A stretch of DNA of 47,008 bases from positions 106,165 through 153,172 of IMG/VR virus record IMGVR_UViG_3300045747_000694. The stretch is one strand, 5' to 3'. Every line of letters begins with the position of its first letter. Position 1 is the stretch's first letter. The position numbers and the translations under genes were made by a program. The notes under the pieces are model-generated. The model did not search any database, was not told where the DNA came from, and was given only the letters and a program-made list of their open reading frames with translations. Positions 38,499 through 46,135 of the stretch are shown here, piece after piece. Source of the DNA: a virus.

Positions 38499-41400
38499 AT
38501 GTCGATGGACTTCTACAGGCGGCCGCAGCTCGCTGGGACCGCACTCCGCTTCCCCGACTACCCTGTGCTGCGGGGGTCGGTGCACCGGCATGACCCCGAC
38601 GGCGTGTCGTCCGCCCCGTACTTCCCCCTCGCGGCGGGAGGGGACTTCAACCTCCTGGTGGACGACACCCCCTTCACCGTCACGCTGACGGCGAACCCTT
38701 CGGTGCAGACGGTCATCACGTCCGTCAACACGGTGATCTCCAGCAAGGGCTACGCCTACGACGAGGGCGGGGTCCTGCACATCCGCACCTTGTCGAAGAC
38801 CGGCAGCGTCGAGGTGACGGGGACCGCCTCCGTCGCTCTCGCCCTCGGCTTCGACCTGAGGCTCGGCATGCTGCGCACGTACGCCGGCGACGTGGCCAGC
38901 TCCGGGGAGGGTCGGATCAACAACCCCTTCGGCGCCACCATGCCCGTGCCTGGGGAGGGGCTCAACTCGGAGAGCTTCGTTCGGGCCCTGGCCCGCCTCT
39001 CTGCGAACCTGGACGTCCTGCTGTCGGACGGGAACAGGACGACTCCGCAGTTCGTGGAGTGGGGGACCGTCACCGCCATCGACGACACCTCGGGCAACTA
39101 CTCGCTCGTCACCATCACCCCGAGCGCTCCCTACGTCGGGCTTGGGGTCTCCAACGGCCTGGGCTCGCTGCACTCCGGCGTCACACTCGCCAAGGCCGCG
39201 ATCACCCCGTTCTTCTACCTGACCGCCGCTCTCGGCTACTACCCGTCCCCCCACCAGGCGGTGGGGGTGGTGAAGGCGACCGTCCTGGCAGACCTCACCG
39301 GGGCCGCGCCGTACGCCAACGCGGCCACCGCGGCCGGGCCGGGCAACGTCTTCGGCATCAACCTGGTCAAGGCTGGCCCCTATACCGTCGAGGAGGTTCT
39401 CGGCGGCCGGGTCGTCTACCGTGCTGGCGGCTTCGGTGCAGCTCGAGTGGGCGACTACGTCGAGATCCGCCCCGACGCCAACACCACGAAGATCCCGTGG
39501 GCCAACGACGGCATCCGCTGGAAGGTGGAGGACATCATCGGGGACGGACTGAGCCTGGCCCCTCTGTCGAGGGCAGAGCTCACCGACGCCGGGCTCTCGG
39601 GAGCCGGCGAGCGTCAGCCGGTCGTCAGCCTCAACGACAAGCGCGGCAACACCGAGAACTTCGGGTACCTCTACCTCTGGACCGGTCCCGTCATCGACAG
39701 CCCGAAGCTCGTGGTCTCTCCCCCCATGCCTGCCAGCGGCGTCGGCACGGTGGTGTGGGCGGCGATCCCGTCTTCCCCGCGCACGCGCGGGCACGGCGAG
39801 GGGATGAGCAACCCTGCCTTGAACATCCTCACGCAGGGGTTCCCGCACAACGATGTCATCATCTCCAAGGGGTCGATGGACCTCACGGTGGGCACGCTCA
39901 CCGTCTCCGGGATGGTGATCCGCAAGAACGGTCTCCACACCGACGTGAGCTCGACGCTCACGGGGCTGGGCAGCTACACCGGCTACATCGTCCTCACGAC
40001 CAGCGGCACGCCTACCCTCTCCCAGTGCAGCCCGCCGCTGCTTCCTGGCGGTGGCATCCCGCTCGCCAGGGTGGTCAGCGGGGCCATCACTCACGACCTT
40101 CGCATCGTGGGAGAGGTGGGCAGCTACGTCTCCTCGGGGATGACCTACGGGCAGCTCCCCAACCTCGATACGGCCATCCAGTACTGCTACCTGTGCCAGG
40201 TCTCGGTCAAGGAGATCGTTTCTCTCTACGGTGAGACGAGCCCCGCCGGCGGTTGGTTCGTGGAGAACAGCTCGCTCACCATCCGAGGGGCGTCTCCCTC
40301 CATCGTTCTCACGCGGAACGCGACCGACCCGCTCTTCACCACGACGACCTCGGCCAAGGTGATCCTCAAGAACTTGACCCTGCCGACCAGCGGCGAGCCC
40401 GCTCTGACGGCGCTCTTCACTGCCAACGCGGACACCATCTGGGCCGTCGACTGCTTCGATGCGTCTGGCCGGTTCATCTCTCTCGCCAACTTCTCCACCA
40501 CCAACACGTCGTACAGGGTGGGGATCTACGGCGGCAGCGGGGACTTCAACATCCGGGCGACGAACAACGTCCGCATCGGCGAGGGCGCGTCTTCCCTGTT
40601 GCTCGGGTCAACCGCCGCGAGCGTCTGGCTCGGCGCCAACGCAACCACCCTCGCCATCGGCGGAGCCAGCTCCCTCCTCACGTCCTACTGCATCACGCGG
40701 CTCCAGAAGGACACGAGCATCGGCCTGCTGACGGATGGCGTTACCTACTCCCTTACCGCCGCGGCCGTGACCCACACCACGAAGCAGGGCTCCATCGTCT
40801 TCCGCAAGGACGGCGGCTTCTCGGTCGAGCTCTACTACGACCGGGTGGCGACGCTGGTCGGTGGCGGCCTCGACGCGTCGGCGCTGCACTACCACACGGC
40901 CGCCAACATCGTGCCCACCACCGGGGCCTTCAACAAGATCCTGACGGCCACCGAGAACACGGTGCAGAAGGCCCTCGACAAGCTCGATGACCACACGCAC
41001 ACCACCTCGGACATCACCAACTGGGTCGCTCCGATGTTGCTTACGACGGATCAGACCGCCGCAGGCATCAAGACCTTCAGCTCGACGCCGAGGTCCTCCG
41101 CCGGAGCCCCGACGTTGGACTCGGAGCTCACGCGCAAGAGCTACGTCGATGACGCGGCTTTCATCGTGCAGAAGATCGCGCCCAACACCTTCGTCACCCC
41201 CTACTCCATCGGTGGTGACGGGTACACCATGAGCGCGGTTCACGACTCTGGGACGATCACCATCCCCGTTCTCTCTCTCCCTCACGATGTCTACGGGAAC
41301 AGGGCCACCCTGCGGCTCAAGTTCCAGGACAGCGGGGACGACAATGACTACGTTCTCCGGTTCACCCTCAACGGGGTGATCCACGCTGCCAGCTCGCTGA

Positions 41401-41756
41401 ACGGCGTCGTGATGGCGTACGGCGGAGAGACCAACTACGCCGGTGGGCCCATCAACGTCGGCACGTACAACGCCTACAAGCCCCTGCTCGGCTACAGCGG
41501 CGCCAACCCCGAGCTTCAGTTCCTCGCCGTCGACTCCTACGGCGGTGGTGGTGGTTGGCGGAAGTGGTACATCGACCTCGATGCCACGGTCGTGAACACC
41601 TTCCGCCTGGAGCTGCACCCGTTCCACTCCGGCTACGGGCCTTCTTCCTGGCACAACTCGCTCGTCTGCGAGTTGCAGGTCCTCCTCGGTAGCACCACCT
41701 TCCCGTGGCCGTGCGACGTGTGGTCGGCGGACATGTCAACCTCGCAGCTCCCCTAG
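38499..41756 (+). CDS. Tail fibre protein (1085 aa)
   Basis: AGGAGTG RBS. Near the C-terminus, GIKTFSSTPRSSAGAPTLDSELTRKSYVDD matches the widespread phage tail-fibre motif (G.KTF...P....P....ELvTK.YVD). Gly-rich beta-repeat body. Confidence 0.8.
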   Translation: MSMDFYRRPQLAGTALRFPDYPVLRGSVHRHDPDGVSSAPYFPLAAGGDFNLLVDDTPFTVTLTANPSVQTVITSVNTVISSKGYAYDEGGVLHIRTLSKTGSVEVTGTASVALALGFDLRLGMLRTYAGDVASSGEGRINNPFGATMPVPGEGLNSESFVRALARLSANLDVLLSDGNRTTPQFVEWGTVTAIDDTSGNYSLVTITPSAPYVGLGVSNGLGSLHSGVTLAKAAITPFFYLTAALGYYPSPHQAVGVVKATVLADLTGAAPYANAATAAGPGNVFGINLVKAGPYTVEEVLGGRVVYRAGGFGAARVGDYVEIRPDANTTKIPWANDGIRWKVEDIIGDGLSLAPLSRAELTDAGLSGAGERQPVVSLNDKRGNTENFGYLYLWTGPVIDSPKLVVSPPMPASGVGTVVWAAIPSSPRTRGHGEGMSNPALNILTQGFPHNDVIISKGSMDLTVGTLTVSGMVIRKNGLHTDVSSTLTGLGSYTGYIVLTTSGTPTLSQCSPPLLPGGGIPLARVVSGAITHDLRIVGEVGSYVSSGMTYGQLPNLDTAIQYCYLCQVSVKEIVSLYGETSPAGGWFVENSSLTIRGASPSIVLTRNATDPLFTTTTSAKVILKNLTLPTSGEPALTALFTANADTIWAVDCFDASGRFISLANFSTTNTSYRVGIYGGSGDFNIRATNNVRIGEGASSLLLGSTAASVWLGANATTLAIGGASSLLTSYCITRLQKDTSIGLLTDGVTYSLTAAAVTHTTKQGSIVFRKDGGFSVELYYDRVATLVGGGLDASALHYHTAANIVPTTGAFNKILTATENTVQKALDKLDDHTHTTSDITNWVAPMLLTTDQTAAGIKTFSSTPRSSAGAPTLDSELTRKSYVDDAAFIVQKIAPNTFVTPYSIGGDGYTMSAVHDSGTITIPVLSLPHDVYGNRATLRLKFQDSGDDNDYVLRFTLNGVIHAASSLNGVVMAYGGETNYAGGPINVGTYNAYKPLLGYSGANPELQFLAVDSYGGGGGWRKWYIDLDATVVNTFRLELHPFHSGYGPSSWHNSLVCELQVLLGSTTFPWPCDVWSADMSTSQLP

Positions 41757-41768
41757 TAAGGAGGCCGC

Positions 41769-42113
41769 ATGAAGAAGCTCAGCGCGATGTACAAGCAGTT
41801 CCAGGAGTTCATCAAGCCCTACAAGCAGACGATCCGCGGCTTCATCGGCTGGACCGCCGGCATGCTCCTCCAGGTCGTTCCCCAGGGCGGCTACGACGTG
41901 GCCATCACCTGGCCCTGGAAGAAGTGGGCCTTCACCCTCGGCATCGCCGCGCTGCCCGGCATCATGGGCTTCATGCGCGGCGGGGACCCGAACCCCACCA
42001 ACGACGAGCTCCTGGTCAAGGTCCACGAGGCGAAGCTGGCGCGAGTCGAGGCCGGCATCGAGACCACCGGGGCCCACCCCCTCTCGTCCGCCCCTGTCCT
42101 GCCCAACCCCTGA
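41769..42113 (+). CDS. Holin-like small membrane protein (114 aa, 2 predicted TM helices)
   Basis: Strong AAGGAGG RBS. TM1 IRGFIGWTAGMLLQVV. TM2 WAFTLGIAALPGIMGFM. Charged C-terminus. Immediately downstream of the tail fibre gene. Confidence 0.6.
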   Translation: MKKLSAMYKQFQEFIKPYKQTIRGFIGWTAGMLLQVVPQGGYDVAITWPWKKWAFTLGIAALPGIMGFMRGGDPNPTNDELLVKVHEAKLARVEAGIETTGAHPLSSAPVLPNP

Positions 42114-42114
42114 C

Positions 42115-42477
42115 ATGGCGGACCTGCCTCGCATCATCTGGGGCATGACCTACACCCAGGCGACCTGGGTGTTCTTGGGCATCGGCTTGCTCGTCGTCGA
42201 GGTCATCGCCCTCATCCGCGGCGACCCTCCCCTCACCGACGCCATGAGGATGGGGGCGCATCGGTGGACGCTCTGGCCGGCGCTCTTCGGCACGCTCTCC
42301 GGTCACTTCTTCGGGAGCAGTGGCGGCCCGACGTGGGGTCCCTGGCTCCTCGTTGGCCTCGGGCTCTTCGTGCTGTACCACGACTTCTTCATGCGGTCTG
42401 ACGTCTTGCACTACTCCCAGCTCGAGATCTGCATCATCTTCCTCGGACTGGGGGCCTGGCTTTGGGGGAGCAGATGA
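42115..42477 (+). CDS. Small 4-TM membrane protein (120 aa); second holin/antiholin candidate
   Basis: Four hydrophobic segments (ATWVFLGIGLLVVEVIALI; WTLWPALFGTLSGHFF; WGPWLLVGLGLFVLY; LEICIIFLGLGAWLW). Confidence 0.55.
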   Translation: MADLPRIIWGMTYTQATWVFLGIGLLVVEVIALIRGDPPLTDAMRMGAHRWTLWPALFGTLSGHFFGSSGGPTWGPWLLVGLGLFVLYHDFFMRSDVLHYSQLEICIIFLGLGAWLWGSR

Positions 42478-43232
42478 GTGACTGGATCAAGAGCTACGGG
42501 GCCTGGGTCGTTCGCGCCTTGGTGGTCATCGTCCTCGCCGCCTTGGTCTGGGCGCTGAACTCCGAGCGCACTGCCAAGGCAGATCTCTCCAAGGAGCTCG
42601 AGCGGGAGAAGCTGGAGAAGGCCAAGCTCAACGTCGAGGTGGAGGCGAAGAAGAAGGACCTGAACGCTGCCGAGAAGCTCATCGCCAGCAAGGACGCCGA
42701 CTTCACCGCAGAGCGGGAGAAGCTCTGGAAGGCGCTGGGGGAGAAGCCCAAGGTCATCACGGTGGTGGAGTGGCGAACCGTCCCAAGCCCCACTCTCCCC
42801 GCTGCGCCGGGGACGGCCGCGAGAGACTGCCCGGTGGCGGGCCCCGACGGCAAGAAGCCCGACATCCTGGTGGTCGAGGGAGACACCGGCCACATCGAGG
42901 TCTCCGAGGTCACCTACGAGACCAAGAACAACAACCACGTCTTCGTCGCCACGGGCTCTTGCTGGCGTGACACCCCGACCGGCCGAAAGCTCTGGGCAAA
43001 TGCTGTGCAGGGGCAGGCCCCTGTGGCATTGAGAGAGGTGGAGCCCACACCGTTCCGCTGGGGAGTCGGCGGCACCGTGGTGGCCACCTCAGACAAGCTA
43101 GGAGCAGGACCGGCACTGCTGTTCCCCCACTTCGAGACGTGGGGGCTTCAGTGGGATGGGTCAGCTGGGGCGGCCTTCAGCGCCAAGGGATTCGTTGCCG
43201 CACAAGGGCAGCTCGGAGTGCGGTGGAGATAG
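42474..43232 (+). CDS. Spanin-like protein: N-terminal signal-anchor TM, coiled coil, Cys-containing beta C-terminal domain (253 aa)
   Basis: ATGA-coupled. TM AWVVRALVVIVLAALVWAL. Coiled coil ERTAKADLSKELEREKLEKAKLNVEVEAKKKDLNAAEKL. An alternative TTG start at 42462 is listed in the track. Confidence 0.5.
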   Translation: MSDWIKSYGAWVVRALVVIVLAALVWALNSERTAKADLSKELEREKLEKAKLNVEVEAKKKDLNAAEKLIASKDADFTAEREKLWKALGEKPKVITVVEWRTVPSPTLPAAPGTAARDCPVAGPDGKKPDILVVEGDTGHIEVSEVTYETKNNNHVFVATGSCWRDTPTGRKLWANAVQGQAPVALREVEPTPFRWGVGGTVVATSDKLGAGPALLFPHFETWGLQWDGSAGAAFSAKGFVAAQGQLGVRWR

Positions 43233-43238
43233 CGGCCT

Positions 43239-43259
43239 CCCGCAGGATTGGCCTGCGGG
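43239..43259 (+). promoter_or_regulatory. Perfect 8-bp stem / 5-nt loop hairpin (CCCGCAGG attgg CCTGCGGG) between the spanin-like gene and the next gene. No U-tract follows.
   Basis: Inverted repeat read directly from the sequence. Function (attenuator, processing site or weak terminator) not determined. Confidence 0.4.
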
Positions 43260-43277
43260 GTAACAAGGAGGTCGCAG

Positions 43278-43541
43278 ATGGACAGGAAGCTCGAGGTTGG
43301 CAGCAGCATCATCTTCGTGGATGCGAAGGCGGTTCGTCACAACGCGCTGGTCACCATCGTGTGGGGTCAGGTCGAGTCCTACAAGGCGGAGAACGGCGAG
43401 CCCGGTTGCAACCTGGTCTTCATCAGCGGGGACCCGGATCGCAACGACTCGTGCGGTCGGCAGATGGAGCGCTCGACCAGCGTGGTGCACAAGACGAAGC
43501 AGCCCGCCCACGGGATGTACTGGTGCTGGCCGGATGAGTAG
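43278..43541 (+). CDS. Hypothetical protein (87 aa)
   Basis: AAGGAGG RBS 6 nt upstream of ATG 43278. The longer track start at 43248 lacks an RBS. Confidence 0.5.
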   Translation: MDRKLEVGSSIIFVDAKAVRHNALVTIVWGQVESYKAENGEPGCNLVFISGDPDRNDSCGRQMERSTSVVHKTKQPAHGMYWCWPDE

Positions 43542-43606
43542 CCACTAGGGGCGAACGGGAACCTTCCAATGGGACCTGGGACCTCCACTATCTGCGACCA
43601 CCCATC

Positions 43607-44083
43607 ATGCTGAAGCTCGCCAAGGTCAGACCGCACCAGCAAGAGACGCAGCGGACCTGCTCTGCGGCCTGCCTTCGTGCTGTGCTGTTGCACCATGGCA
43701 AGGACGTACCCGAGAGCCTGCTGTCGAAGGCCATCGGGGTAGGGCACTACGGGGCCGAGCTCTACCAGATCGTGGGAGCGGCAAGGGCGTTGGGGTTCAC
43801 AGCGAAGCAAGTCGAGTTCAAGAGCTTGTCAGACGCCTTCGAGCTCCTCGAGAAGGACGTCCCGCTCATCTGCGATGTGCAGAGCTGGACGAAGAAGGGT
43901 AGTGGGCACTACGTCGTTCTCGTGAACGAGAGCGGTGGCCGGGTCAACATCATGGACCCGAACGTCTCAGGCAACTGGCGCACGATGTCCTCGAAGGACT
44001 TCGACAAGCGCTGGTGGGACGGAGACAACGTCTACAGGGGTCGCGTACTTCGTCGACCTTCTGTCATCGTTCGACCGAGGTAG
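43607..44083 (+). CDS. Peptidase C39-like (papain-fold) cysteine peptidase; candidate endolysin/peptidoglycan peptidase
   Basis: Catalytic-type motifs Q-x5-C (QQETQRTCSAACLRAVLLHHG), GHYVVL (His) and DPN...W, as in the C39-like peptidase family. Adjacent to holin/spanin-like genes. Confidence 0.65.
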   Translation: MLKLAKVRPHQQETQRTCSAACLRAVLLHHGKDVPESLLSKAIGVGHYGAELYQIVGAARALGFTAKQVEFKSLSDAFELLEKDVPLICDVQSWTKKGSGHYVVLVNESGGRVNIMDPNVSGNWRTMSSKDFDKRWWDGDNVYRGRVLRRPSVIVRPR

Positions 44084-44086
44084 CAC

Positions 44087-44263
44087 ATGGCAGGGACCGA
44101 CAAGCGCAAGCAGTCACTCTACTTCCCCGAGGACATGCTGGACGAGATGCAGGCGGAGGCCACGAGGCAGGACCGCTCGCTCTCCTGGATCGTGCAGCAG
44201 GCCTGGAAGGTGGCGAAGGAGCAGCTCGCCAAGTACCCAGGCATCAACGACCTGAGTCCGTGA
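44087..44263 (+). CDS. Ribbon-helix-helix (CopG/Arc-type) DNA-binding protein, 58 aa
   Basis: GAGGT RBS. KRKQSLYFPEDMLDEMQAEATRQDRSLSWIVQQAWKVAKEQL matches the RHH beta-strand / helix / helix pattern. Below the ORF-track size threshold. Confidence 0.5.
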   Translation: MAGTDKRKQSLYFPEDMLDEMQAEATRQDRSLSWIVQQAWKVAKEQLAKYPGINDLSP

Positions 44264-44270
44264 GGGCTAA

Positions 44271-44313
44271 AGAAGAAGGGGCGCCCCAGCTGCACGGAGC
44301 GCCCCTCTTCTCT
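44271..44313. terminator. Bidirectional rho-independent terminator between the + strand late operon and the - strand tRNA array
   Basis: agaagaa-GGGGCGC-(14-nt loop)-GCGCCCC-tcttctc. GC-rich stem flanked by T-rich runs on both strands. Confidence 0.6.
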
Positions 44314-44332
44314 CCCTGAACAGCAGTGACAG

Positions 44333-44406
44333 TGCCCCCGGCAGGACTCGAACCTGCGGCCGTGCGCTTAGAAGGCGCCTGCTCTCGTCCTCTGAGCTAC
44401 GGGGGC
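44333..44406 (-). tRNA. tRNA-Arg (anticodon TCT)
   Basis: Manual cloverleaf: acceptor GCCCCCG/CGGGGGC; T-arm GCAGG-TTCGAGT-CCTGC; anticodon loop CTTCTAA; no encoded CCA. Confidence 0.75.
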
Positions 44407-44409
44407 ATG

Positions 44410-44500
44410 TGGCGGAGAGAGAGGGATTCGAACCCTCGCTTTGATGTGATCGCAGACTGGTTTAGCAAACCAGCGGCATGAGCCACTCGCCCATCTCTCC
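44410..44500 (-). tRNA. tRNA-Ser (GCT), class II with long variable arm, CCA encoded
   Basis: Acceptor GGAGAGA; anticodon arm CTGGT-TTGCTAA-ACCAG; T-loop TTCGAAT; discriminator G. Confidence 0.8.
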
Positions 44501-44503
44501 ATG

Positions 44504-44591
44504 TGGCGGAAACGGTGGGATTCGAACCCACGGAGACTTGCGCCTCGCCAGCTTTCCAAGCTGGTGCCTTGAGCCACTCGGCCACGTTTCC
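44504..44591 (-). tRNA. tRNA-Ser (GGA), class II, CCA encoded
   Basis: Anticodon arm CCAGC-TTGGAAA-GCTGG; long variable arm; T-arm GTGGG-TTCGAAT-CCCAC. Confidence 0.8.
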
Positions 44592-44595
44592 ATGA

Positions 44596-44683
44596 TGGCG
44601 GAAGAGGAAGGATTCGAACCTTCGAGGACTTGCGCCCTGCCCGCTTTCGAGACGGGTACCTTGAGCCACTCGGTCACTCTTCC
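44596..44683 (-). tRNA. tRNA-Ser (CGA), class II, CCA encoded
   Basis: Anticodon loop CTCGAAA; long variable arm; T-arm GAAGG-TTCGAAT-CCTTC. Confidence 0.75.
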
Positions 44684-44691
44684 AGAAGGAT

Positions 44692-44711
44692 GCCTCAGAG
44701 AAGGCTGAGGC
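44692..44711. promoter_or_regulatory. 7-bp hairpin (GCCTCAG agaagg CTGAGGC) in the only long (36-nt) spacer of the tRNA array
   Basis: Perfect inverted repeat between tRNA-Ser(CGA) and tRNA-Ser(TGA). Possible processing site or remnant. Confidence 0.35.
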
Positions 44712-44719
44712 GCCCTGTG

Positions 44720-44809
44720 TGGCGGAAGAGGAGAGATTCGAACTCTCGGGAAGCTTGCGCCTCCTGCGGGTTTCAAAGCCGCTGGTTTGAGCCACTCACC
44801 CACTCTTCC
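44720..44809 (-). tRNA. tRNA-Ser (TGA), class II, CCA encoded
   Basis: Anticodon loop TTTGAAA (one mismatch at the stem closure); long variable arm; T-arm GAGAG-TTCGAAT-CTCTC. Confidence 0.7.
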
Positions 44810-44810
44810 C

Positions 44811-45359
44811 TTACTCGTCGTGCTCGAGCTCTCCCTGCCAGTAGCCGTAGTCCGTGAGGAGCTGCTTCCAGGACTGGGGCACCTTCTTGTCCAGGAGGAA
44901 GGTGAGCTTCATCGTGGTCTGGAGGTGTTCCGGCTTCGCTGGGGTCGAGAGGATGTGCATCCTCGCCTGCGCCGGCGTGCAGTCCCTCTTCTTCTGGTTG
45001 CAAGGGGTGCAGCAGACGACGACGTTGGTCCAGTTGGTCTGGCCGCCTTGCGCCCGCGGCGTGACGTGGTCGTAGGTGAAGTCCGACCTCGGAACCTTGT
45101 TGCCGCAGTACTGGCAGCGGCCCTTGTCCCTGGCGTAGACGTTCTCTCGGCTGAACTTCACCGCCGGCTTCCTGCGCCGGATGGTGGAGAGGAACCGGAT
45201 GACCGAGGGCATCTTGAACTCCAAGGTCACCGACCTCACCGTCTTGCTCTCGTACTCCTGCACGACTTCGACCTTGCCCTCCCAGAGCAGGGTCACCGCG
45301 CGTTGCCAGGGAACCCGAGCCACGGGTTCATAGGCATTCGTCAGCACCAGCGTGTCCAT
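44811..45359 (-). CDS. HNH endonuclease (homing-endonuclease-like) embedded in the tRNA array
   Basis: HNH/zinc-finger motif CQYCGNKVPRSDFTYDHVTPRAQGGQTNWTNVVVCCTPCNQKK. Start at MDTLV with an AAAGGAGAG RBS. The longer track ORF would overlap tRNA genes. Confidence 0.8.
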   Translation of the reverse strand: MDTLVLTNAYEPVARVPWQRAVTLLWEGKVEVVQEYESKTVRSVTLEFKMPSVIRFLSTIRRRKPAVKFSRENVYARDKGRCQYCGNKVPRSDFTYDHVTPRAQGGQTNWTNVVVCCTPCNQKKRDCTPAQARMHILSTPAKPEHLQTTMKLTFLLDKKVPQSWKQLLTDYGYWQGELEHDE

Positions 45360-45388
45360 CGGGCTCTCCTTTCTTGGTGTCGTGCTGC

Positions 45389-45465
45389 GTGGTACCCCAG
45401 GAGGGACTCGAACCCTCATCGACGCGGAGTTTGAGTCCGCCGCATGTACCATTCTGCTACTGGGG
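45389..45465 (-). tRNA. Atypical tRNA: anticodon CAA (Leu by anticodon) but class-I structure with a short variable loop; CCA encoded
   Basis: Acceptor GCCCCAG/CTGGGGT; discriminator A; anticodon arm GCGGA-CTCAAAC-TCCGC; T-arm GAGGG-TTCGAGT-CCCTC; no long variable arm. Confidence 0.55.
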
Positions 45466-45468
45466 CGT

Positions 45469-45554
45469 GTGGTGGCCAAGGAGAGAGTCGAACTCTCACG
45501 GTGTTACCCGCACGCTTCTGAGGCGTGTGCGTCTACCAGTTCCGCCACTCGGCC
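45469..45554 (-). tRNA. tRNA-Leu (CAG), class II, CCA encoded
   Basis: Anticodon arm CACGC-CTCAGAA-GCGTG; 13-nt variable arm; T-arm GAGAG-TTCGACT-CTCTC. Confidence 0.8.
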
Positions 45555-45558
45555 ATGA

Positions 45559-45643
45559 TGGTACTCAGGAGGGGAGTCGAACCCCTACGGTGTTACCCGC
45601 CGGCACCTCAAGCCGGTGCGTCTACCAGTTCCGCCACCTGAGC
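45559..45643 (-). tRNA. tRNA-Leu (GAG), class II, CCA encoded
   Basis: Anticodon arm CCGGC-TTGAGGT-GCCGG; long variable arm; T-arm AGGGG-TTCGACT-CCCCT. Confidence 0.8.
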
Positions 45644-45652
45644 GTGAAGAAG

Positions 45653-45725
45653 TACAGGGCCTGGGAATCGAACCCAGCAACTCCGGAGTGTGGAACCGGG
45701 GGAGTCACCAGCTTCCTCGCCCTGC
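45653..45725 (-). tRNA. Atypical tRNA, probably tRNA-Val (CAC). The loop TCCACAC has C at position 33, and there is a T:T mismatch closing the stem.
   Basis: Acceptor GCAGGGC/GCCCTGT; T-arm CTGGG-TTCGATT-CCCAG; anticodon arm CCGG(T)-TCCACAC-(T)CCGG. Isotype uncertain; CCA/Trp is an alternative reading. Confidence 0.45.
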
Positions 45726-45731
45726 ATGAAG

Positions 45732-45803
45732 TTGCGAGCCAGGGATTCGAACCCTGATGTCCGTGGTTATGGGCCACGTGCCTTGCCAGTCGGCCAGCTC
45801 GCA
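45732..45803 (-). tRNA. tRNA with anticodon CAT (elongator Met or Ile2-lysidine type); loop CCCATAA has C33
   Basis: Acceptor TGCGAGC/GCTCGCA; anticodon arm CGTGG-CCCATAA-CCACG; T-arm CAGGG-TTCGAAT-CCCTG. Confidence 0.65.
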
Positions 45804-45808
45804 GTGAG

Positions 45809-45886
45809 TGGTTGCGGGCACGAGGAATCGAACCTCGCTGTTCTCGGGTTATGAGCCCGATGTGTAAGCCGTTTCACTCGCCCGCA
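45809..45886 (-). tRNA. Initiator-like tRNA-fMet (CAT), CCA encoded
   Basis: Anticodon arm TCGGG-CTCATAA-CCCGA (three G:C pairs) and 3' end ...CCCGCAACCA, identical to bacterial initiator tRNA. One extra nucleotide in the acceptor/T-stem junction makes the 5' boundary uncertain by about 1 nt. Confidence 0.65.
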
Positions 45887-45889
45887 GCT

Positions 45890-45966
45890 TGGTGCTCCTG
45901 GAGGGACTCGAACCCCCGGCCCGTTCTTTAGGAAAGAACTGCTCTTGTCCACTGAGCTACAGGAGC
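45890..45966 (-). tRNA. tRNA-Arg (CCT), CCA encoded
   Basis: Anticodon arm GTTCT-TTCCTAA-AGAAC; T-arm GGGGG-TTCGAGT-CCCTC. Confidence 0.8.
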
Positions 45967-45971
45967 GAAGA

Positions 45972-46049
45972 TGGTGCGCCCGGCCAGACTCGAACTGGCG
46001 GCCTCTGGTTTCGGAAACCAGCGCTCTCGTCCATCTGAGCTACGGGCGC
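45972..46049 (-). tRNA. tRNA-Arg (CCG), CCA encoded
   Basis: Anticodon arm CTGGT-TTCCGAA-ACCAG; T-arm GCCAG-TTCGAGT-CTGGC. Confidence 0.8.
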
Positions 46050-46056
46050 GAAGAAG

Positions 46057-46131
46057 TCTCCTCGGAGGGAGTCGAACCCCCGGCCTCATGGTTCGTAGCC
46101 ATGCGCTCTGGTCCAGCTGAGCTACGAGGAG
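46057..46131 (-). tRNA. tRNA-Arg (ACG), no encoded CCA
   Basis: Anticodon arm CATGG-CTACGAA-CCATG; T-arm GGGGG-TTCGACT-CCCTC. Confidence 0.75.
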
Positions 46132-46135
46132 ATGA

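Noticed and set aside
43542-43606. Direct repeat GGGACCT GGGACCT and a TTCCAA-N17-ACTATC promoter-like arrangement upstream of the peptidase gene
   Set aside because: The match to consensus is weak and there is no supporting repetition elsewhere in the window. It is noted only as a place to look if transcript-start data become available.
44811-45479. Full-length 222-aa version of the HNH ORF
   Set aside because: The first 40 codons would overlap tRNA genes on the same strand. The internal Met at 45359 has a good RBS and begins the conserved HNH domain.
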